Assembly (NCBI RefSeq): GCF_009914755.1
Contig: NC_060945.1
Reading direction: 5' to 3' (one strand)
DNA from: the human T2T-CHM13v2.0 reference genome, Homo sapiens
Length of the DNA: 64,000 nucleotides
The notes under the pieces are model-generated. The model was not told the origin of the DNA, made no database searches, and worked only from the letters and a program-made list of their open reading frames with translations. Both the position numbers and the translations under genes were made by a program. This document shows positions 54,101 through 64,000 of the stretch, in pieces. Within the stretch, counting starts at the first letter, position 1, and every line of letters begins with the position of its first letter.

Positions 54101-57100
54101 CATTACATACTGTACATAAAATATCAAAGTACACAAAGTGTATATTATATACTGTACATAAAATATGTAGGTTCATCAAATATATTTTATATTCTGTACA
54201 TAATATATCAAAGTACATCAAATATATATTATATATGGTACATAAAATATCAAATTACCCAAAATATGTATTATTTACTGTGCATAAAATATGAAAGTAA
54301 CCAAACATTTATAATAAACTGTACATAAAATATCAAAGTACTCAATCTACGTATTATATACAGTATATAAAATGTCAAAGTACACAAACTGTATATTATA
54401 TACTGTACATAATATATCAAAGTACCCAGAATATATAGCATACTGTACATAAAATATCAAATTAGCCAAAATATATATTGTATACTGTACATAAAATATG
54501 AAGGTACATCAAAGATATATTATATTCTGTACATAAAATATCAAAGTACACCAAATATATATTATATGCTGTACATAATATATTAAAGTTGCCCATGTAT
54601 ACATTTTATACTGTACATAAAATATGAAGGTACATCAAATATATAGTATATGCTGCACATAAAATATCAAAGTACCCAAAGTATGTAATATATACTGTAC
54701 ATAATATATCAAAGTACCAAAAGTATATATTACATACTGTAAATAAAATATGAAGGTACCTCAAATATACATTATATTCTGTACATAAAATATCAAAGTA
54801 CACCAAATATATACTATATACTGTACATAAAATATTAAATTACCCAAAATATGTATTGTATTGTGTACATAAAATATGAAAGTAACCAATCATTTATAAT
54901 AAAATGTACATAAAATATCAAAGTACTCAAACTGTATATTATATACTGTACATAAAGTATCAAAGTACCCAAACTGTGTAGTATATACTGTACATAAAAT
55001 ATCAAGGTACCCAAGATATATATTGTAAACTGTAGATAAAATATCAAAGTACCCAAAATATATATTATATACTGTACATAAAATATGAAGGCACATCCAA
55101 TATATATTATATTCTGTACATAAAATATCAAAGTACACCAAATGTATATTATACACTGTACATAAATTATAAAAGTACCCCAAATATATATTATATACTC
55201 TACATAAAATATCAAAGTACCCAAAATATATATTATATACTGTACATAAAATATCAAAGTACCCATAGTATGTATTATATCCTGTACATAAAATATGAAG
55301 GTACATCAAATATATATTCTATTCTGCACATAAAATATCATATTACACCAAATATATATTGTATACTGTATATAAAATATGAAGGTACTTCAAATATATA
55401 TTATATGCTTCACATAAAATATCAAAGTACCCAAAGTATGCATTATATACTGTACATAAAATATCAAAGTACCCAAAGTGTATATTATATACTGTACATA
55501 AAATATGAAGGTTCATCAAATATATTTTATATTCTGCACATAATATATCAAAGTACATCAAATATATATTATATACTGTACATAAAATATCAAAGTATCA
55601 AAAATATGTATTATATACTGTACATAAAATATGAAAGTAACCAAATATTTATAATAAACTCTACATAAAATATCAAAGTACTCAAACTACATATTATATA
55701 CAGTATATAAAATATCAAAGTACCCAAACTGTATATTATATACTGTACATACTATATCAAAGTACCCGAATATATAGCATACTGTACATAAAATATCAAA
55801 GTACCCAAAATATATATTGTATACTGTACATGAAATATGATGGTACATCAAAGATATATTATATTCTGTACATAAAATATCAAAGTACACCAAATATATA
55901 TTATATGCTTTACATAATATATTAAAGTTGACCAAATATATATTACATACTGTACATAAAATATGAAGGTACATCAAATATATATTATATGCTGCACATA
56001 AAATATCAAAGTACCCAAAGTATGTGTTATATACTGTAAATAAAATATCAAAGTACCCAAAGTATATATTATATACTGTACATAAAATATAAAATACCCC
56101 AAATATATATTTTATGCTGTACATAAAATATCAAAGTACACAAAATATGTATTATATACTGAGCATAAAATATCAAAGGACCCATAATATATATTATATA
56201 CTGTACATAAAATATCAAAATACCCAAAATATATATTATATACTGTACATAAAATACCAAAGTACCCAAAGTATATATTATATACCGTACAAAAAATATC
56301 AAAGTAGCCAAAATATGTATTATACACTGTACATAATATATGAAAGTACCCAAACATTTATAATAAACTGTACATAAAATATCAATGTACTCAAACTATA
56401 TATTATGTGCGGTACATAAGATATCAAAGTACCCATACTATATAGTATGTACTGTACTTAAAATATCAAAATACCCAAAATATATATTATATACGTTACA
56501 TAAACTATCAAATACACAAAGTATGTATTATATACTGTACATAAAATAGCAAAGTTCCCAAAATATGTATTATATACTGTACATAAAATATGAAAGTACC
56601 CAACCATTTATAATAAACTCTACATAAAATACCAAAGTACCCAAACTGTGTATTATATACTGTCCATAAATTATCAAAGTACCCAAAATATATATTGAAA
56701 ACTGTACATAAAATATCAAAGTAGCCAAAATGTATATTGTATACTGTACATAAAATATAAACGTACCCCAAATATATATTATATACTGTACATAAAATAT
56801 CAAAGTACCCATAATACATATTATATACTGTACATAAAATATCAAAGGACCCAAAATAAACATTATATACTGTACATAAAATATCCAAATACTCAAAATA
56901 TATATTACATACTGTACATAAAATATCAAAGTACCCAAATTATGTATTATATACTGTACGTAAAATATCAGAGTACCCAAAATATGCATTGTATACTGTA
57001 CATAAAATATGAAAGTAGCAAACCATTTATAATAAACTGTACATATAATATCAAAGTACTTAAACTATATATCATATACTGTACATAAAATATCAAAGTA

Positions 57101-60100
57101 CCCAAACTGTGTATTATTATATACTGTCCATAAAATATCAAAGTACCTAAAATATATATTGCATACTGTACATAAAATATCAAAGTACCCAAAATATATA
57201 CTCTATACTGTACATAAAATATGAAGGAACATCAAATATATATTATATCCTGTACATAAAATATCAAAGTACACCTATTATATATTGTGTACTGTACATA
57301 ATATATTAAATCACCCAAATATATATTGTATACTGTATATAAAATATGAAGGTACTTCAAATATATATTATATGCTGCACATAAAATATCAAAGTACCCA
57401 AAGTATGCATTACATACTGTACATAAAATATCAAAGTACACAAATTATATATTATATAATGTACATAAAATATGAAGGTTCATAAAATATATTTTATATT
57501 CTGTACATAATATATCAAAGTACATCAATTATATATTATATACGGTACATAAAATATCAAAGTACCCAAAATATGTATTATTTACTGTACATAAAATATG
57601 AAAGTAACCAAACATTTATAATAAACTGTACATGAAATATCAAAGTACTCAATCTACATATTATATACAGTATATAAAATATCAAAGTACACAAACTGTA
57701 TATTATATACTGTACATAATATATCAAAGTACCCAGAATATATAGCATACTGTACATAAAATATCAAAGTACCCAAAATATATATTGTATACTGTACATA
57801 AAATATAAAGGTACATCAAAGATATATTCTGTACATAAAATATCAAATTACACCAAATATATATTATATGCTGTACATAATATATTAAAGTTGCCCATAT
57901 ATACATTATATACTGTACATAAAATATGAACGTACATCAAATATATAGTATATGCTGCACATAAAATATCAAAGTACCCAAAGTATGTATTATACACTGT
58001 ACATAAAATATCAAAGTACCAAAAGTATATATTACATACTGTAAATAAAATATGAAGGTACCTCAAATATATATTATATTCTCTACATAAAATATAAAAG
58101 TACACCAAGTATATACTATATACTCTGCATAAAATATTAAATTACCCAAAATATGTATTGTATTGTGTACATAAAATATGAAAGTAACCAAACATTTATA
58201 ATAAACTGTACATAAAATATCAAAGTACTCAAACTGTATATTATATACTGTACATAAAGTATCAAAGTACCCAAACTGTGTAGTATATACTGTACATAAA
58301 ATATCAAGGTACCCAAAATATATATTGTAAACAGTAGATAAAATATCAAAGTACCCAAAATATATATTATATACTGTACATAAAATATGAAGGCACATCC
58401 AATATATATTATATTCTGTACATAAAATATCAAAGTACACCAAATGTATATTATATACTGTACATAAAATATCAAAGTACCCAACGTGTATATTATATAC
58501 TGTACACAAAATATGAAGGTTCATCAAATATATTTTATATTCTGTACATAATATATCAAAGTACATCTAATATATATTATATACGGTACATAAAATATCA
58601 AAGTACCAAAAATATGTATTATATACTGTACATAAAATATGAAAGTAACCAAACATTTATAATAAATTGTACATAAAATATCAAAGTACTCAAACTACAT
58701 ATTATATACAGTATATAAAATATCAAAGTACCCAAAGTGTATATTATATACTGTACATAATATATCAAAGTACCCGAATATATAGCATACTGTACATAAA
58801 ATATCAAATTAGCCAAAATATATATTGTATACTGTACATAAAATATGAAGGTACATCCAAGATATATTATATTGTGTACATAAAATATCAAAGTACACCA
58901 AATATATATTATATGCTGTACATAATATATTAAAGTTGCCCAAATATATATTATATACTGTACATAAAATATGAAGGCACATCAAATATATAGTATATGC
59001 TGCACATAAAATATCAAAGTACCCAAAGTATGTAATATATACTGTACATAACATATCAAAGTACCAAAAGTATATATTACCTACTGTAAATAAAATATGA
59101 AGGTACCTCAAATATACATTATATTCTGTACATAAAATATCAAAGTACACCAAATATATACTATATACTGTACATACAATATTAAATTACCCACAATATG
59201 TATTGTATTGTGTACATAAAATATGAAAGTAACCAAACATTTATAATAAACTGTACATAAAATATCAAAGTACTCAAACTGTATATTATATACTGTACAT
59301 AAAGTATCAAAGTACCCAAACTGTGTAGTATACACTGTACATAAAATATCAAGGTACCCAAAATATATATTGTAAACTGTAGATACGATATCAAATTACC
59401 CAAAATATATATTATATACTGTACATAAAATATGAAGGCACATCCAGTATATATTATATTCTGTACATAAAATATCAAAGTACACCAAATGTATATTATA
59501 TACTGTACATAAAATATAAAAGTACCCCAAGTATATATTATATACTCTACATAAAATATGAAAGTACCCAAAATATATATTATATACTGTACATAAAATA
59601 TCAAAGTACCCATAGTATGTATTATATCCTGTACATAAAATATGAAGGTACATCAAATATATATTATATTCTGCACATAAAATATATTACACCAAATATA
59701 TATTATATACTGTACATAAAATATGAAGGTACATCAAATGTATATTATATGCTGCACATAAAATATCAAAGCCCCAAAGTTTGTATTATATACTGTACAT
59801 AAAATATCAAAGTGTCCAAAGTGTATATTATATACTGTACATAAAATATGAAGGTACATCCGATACATATTATATTCTGTACATAAAATACCAAAGTACA
59901 CCAAGTATATATTATATACTGTACATAAAATATTAAATTACCCGAAATATGTATTGTATACTGTACATAAAATATGAAAGTAACCAAACATTTATAATAA
60001 ACTGTACATAAAATATCAAAGTACTCAAACTACATATTATATACAGTATATAAAATATCAAAGTACCCAAACTGTATATTATATACTGTACATACTATAT

Positions 60101-63100
60101 CAAAGTACCCGAATATATAGCATACTGTACATAAAATATCAAAGTACCCAAAATATATATTGTACACTGCACATAAAATATCAAGCTACATCAAAGATAT
60201 ATTATATTCTGTACATAAAATTTCAAAGTACACCAAGTATATATTATATGCTGTGCATAATATATTAAAGTCGACCAAATATATATTACATACTGTACAA
60301 AAAATATGAAGGTACATCAAATATATATTATATGCTGCACATAAAATATCAAAGTACCCAAAGTATGTATTATATACTGTACATAAAATATCAAAATACC
60401 CAAAGTATATATTATATACTATACATACAATATAAAATACCCCAAATATATATTATATGCTGTACATAAAATATCAAAGTACACAAAATATGTATTATGT
60501 ACTGTACATAAAATATCAAAGGACCGAAAATATATATTATATACTGTACATAAAATATCAAAATACCCAAAATATATACTATATACTGTACATAAAATAC
60601 CAAAGTACCCAAAGTATATATTATGTACCGTACAAAAAATATCAAAGTAGCCAAAATATGTATTATACACTGTACATAATATATGAAAGTACCCAAACAT
60701 TTATAATAAACTGTACATAAAATATCAATGTACTCAAACTATATATTATGTTCGGTACATAACATATCAAAGTACCCATACTATATAGTATATACTGTAC
60801 TTAAAATATCAAAATACCCAAAATATATATTATATACGTTACATAAATTATCCAATACCCAAAGTATGTATTATATACTGTACTTAAAATAGCAAAGTTC
60901 CCAAAATATGTATTATACACTGTACATAACAAATGAAAGTACCCAACCATTTATAGTAAACTCTACATAAAATACCAAAGTACCCAAACTGTGTATTATA
61001 TACTGTCCATAAATTATCAAAGTACCCAAAATATATATTGTAAACTGTACATAAAATATCAAAGTAGCCAAAATGTATATTGTATACTGTACATAAAATA
61101 TAAACGTACCCCAAATATATATTATATACTGTACATAAAATATCAAAGTACCCATAATACATATTATATACTGTACATAAAATATCAAAGGACCCAAAAT
61201 AAACATTATATACTGTACATAAAATATGCAAATACTCAAAATATATATTACATACTGTACATAAAATATCAAAGTACCCAAATTATGTATTATATACTGT
61301 ACGTAAAATATCAGATTACCCAAAATATGCATTATATACTGTACATAAAATATGAAAGTAACAAAACATTTATAATAAACTGTACATAAAATATCAAAGT
61401 ACTAAAACTATATATCATATACTGTACATAAAATATCAAAGTACCCAAACTGTGTATTATTATATACTGTACATAAAATATCAAGGTACCTAAAATATAT
61501 ATTGCATACTGTACATAAAATATCAAAGTACCCAAAATATATACTATATACTGTACATAAAATATGAAGGTACATCAAATATATATTATATCCTGTACAT
61601 AAAATATCAGAGTACACCTATTATATATTGTGTACTGTACATAATATATTAAATCACCCAAATATATATGTATACTGTATATAAAATATGAAGGTACTTC
61701 AAATATACATTATATGCTGCACATAAAATATCAAAGTACCCAAAGTATGCATTACATACTGTACATAAAATATCAAAGTACACAAATTATATATTATATA
61801 ATGTACATAAAATATGAAGGTTCATAAAATATATTTTATATTCTGTACATAATATATCAAAGTACATCAATTATATATTATATACGGTACATAAAAGATC
61901 AAAGTACCCAAAATATGTATTATTTACTGTACATAAAATATGAAAGTAACCAAACATTTATAATAAACTGTACATAAAATATCAAAGTACTCAATCTACA
62001 TAATATATACAGTATATAAATTATCAAAGTACACAAACTGTATATTATATACTGTACATAATATATCAAAGTACCCAGAATATATAGCATACTGTACATA
62101 AAATATCAAAGTACCCAAAATATATATTGTATACTGTACATAAAATATAAAGGTACATCAAAGATATATTATATTCTGTACATAAAATATCAAATTACAC
62201 CAAATATATATTATATGCTGTACATAATATATTAAAGTTGCCCATATATACATTATATACTGTACATAAAATATGAACGTACATCAAACATATAGTATAT
62301 GCTGCACATATAATATCAAAGTACCCAAAGTATGTATTATACACTGTACATAAAATATCAAAGTACCAAAAGTATATATTACATACTGTAAATAAAATAT
62401 GAAGGTACCTCAAATATATATTATATTCTGTACATAAAACATCAAAGTACACCAAGTATATAGTATATACTCTGCATAAAATATTAAATTACCCACAATA
62501 TGTATTGTATTGTGTACATAAAATATGAAAGTAACCAAACATTTATAATAAACTGTACATAAAATATCAAAGTACTCAAACTGTATATTATATACTGTAC
62601 ATAAAGTATCAAAGTACCCAAACTGTGTAGTATATACTGTACATAAAATATCAAGGTACCCAAAGTATATATTGTAAACTGTAGATAAAATATCAAAGTA
62701 CCCAAAATATATATTCTATACTGTACATAAAATATGAAGGCACATCCAATATATATTATATTCTGTACATAAAATATCAAAGTACACCAAATGTATATTA
62801 TATACTGTACATAAAATATCAAAGTACCCAACGTCTATATTATATACTGTACACAAAATATGAAGGTTCATCAAATATATTTTATATTCTGCACATAATA
62901 TATCAAAGTACATCAAATATATATTATATACTGTACATAAAATATCAAAGTACCAAAAATATGTATTATATACTGTACATAAAATATGAAAGTATCCAAA
63001 CATATATAATAAACTGTACATAAAATATCAAAGTACTCGAACTACATATTATATACAGTATATAAAATGTCAAAGTACCCAAACTCTATATTATATACTG

Positions 63101-64000
63101 TACATGGTATATCAAAGTACCCGAATATATAGCATACTGCACATAAAATATCAAAGTACCCAAAGTGTGTATTATACACTGCACATAAAATATGAAGGTA
63201 CATAAAATATATATTGTATTCTGTACATAGAATATCAAAGTACTCCAAATATATATTATATGCTGTACATAATATATTAAAGTTGCCCAAATATATATTA
63301 TATACTGTACATAAAATATGAAGGTACATCAAATATATAGTATATGCTGCACATAAAATATCAAAGTACCCAAAGTATGTATTATATACTGTACATAAAA
63401 TATCAAAGTACCCAAAGTATATATTATATACTGTACATAAAATATAAAATACCCCAAATATATATTATATGCTATACATAAAATATCAAAGTACACAATA
63501 TATGTATTATGTACTGTGCATACCATATCAAAGGACCCAAAATATATATTATATACTGTACATAAAATATCAAAATACCCAAAATATATATTATATACCC
63601 TACATAAAATACCAAAGTACCCAAAGTATATATTATATACCGTACAAAAAATATCAAAGTAGCCAAAATATGTATTCTACACTGTACATAATATATGAAA
63701 GTACCCAAACATTTATAATAAACTGTACATAAAATATCAATGTACTCAAACTATATATTATGTTCGGTACATAAGATATCAAAGTACCCATACTATATAG
63801 TATGTACTGTACTTAAAATATCAAAATACCCAAAATATATATTATATACGTTACATAAACTATCAAATACACAAAGTATGTATTATATACTGTACATAAA
63901 ATAGCAAAGTTCCCAAAATATGTATTATATACTGTACATAACATATGAAAGTACCCAACCATTTATAGTAAACTCTACATAAAATAACAAAGTACCCAAA
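30133..64000 (+). repeat. HSat1A (classical satellite I / SAR) array, 42-bp monomer, running off the window end
   Basis: Consensus ACATAAAATATCAAAGT + ACCCAAAATATATATTATATACTGT (17+25 bp, delimited by two GTAC/RsaI sites). About 800 monomers (33.9 kb/42), all seen in one orientation. The ORF track shows the matching 14-aa periodicity. Confidence 0.97.

Noticed and set aside
30387-63732. Many Y/I/K-rich ORFs (YYILYIKYQSTQNI, GTLIFYVQYIIY repeats) on both strands
   Set aside because: An artefact of the 42-bp (14-codon) monomer having stop-free frames. They end at monomer indels and show no gene structure.
30133-64000. CRISPR-like repeat/spacer appearance (constant ctgtacataaaatatcaaagtac with variable middle)
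   Set aside because: The variable parts are homologous to each other rather than unique spacers, the context is primate, and there are no cas genes.
43500-64000. Canonical 378-bp (9-mer) HSat1A periodicity
   Set aside because: Only one ~379-bp marker gap and some 756-bp gaps were seen. I could not support a regular 9-mer period by eye; this needs a periodicity computation.

Overview
Human (or great-ape) genomic DNA with no intact protein-coding gene. The layout is typical of an acrocentric short-arm/pericentromeric satellite boundary. Bases 1-13.1 kb are a repeat mosaic: old L1 fragments, Alus, and a decayed ERVL-class provirus (gag/pol/dUTPase remnants). The provirus is split by an LTR, a Tigger3b (itself holding MER1B>Alu, an Alu and Tigger2a), AluYs and a 5'-truncated EIF3F processed pseudogene (minus strand, ~7853-8910). 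Bases 13.15-30.12 kb hold eight head-to-tail HSat1B/DYZ2-type composite units (HSATI core + truncated Alu + degenerate AT block, 1.85-2.9 kb each). From ~30.13 kb to the end is an HSat1A (SAR, 42-bp) array with layered higher-order structure that approaches a ~3.0-kb (72-mer) unit. Points of most interest: (1) the HSat1A + strand carries the Pumilio element TGTA(N)ATA once per consensus monomer, plus periodic AATAAA; (2) the HSat1B units form two lineages with a mosaic unit at the switch; (3) the EIF3F retrocopy has a fold-back templated insertion. All coordinates and spacings were read by eye and may be off by a few bases. Repeat subfamily names are from recall of consensus sequences, not from a search.
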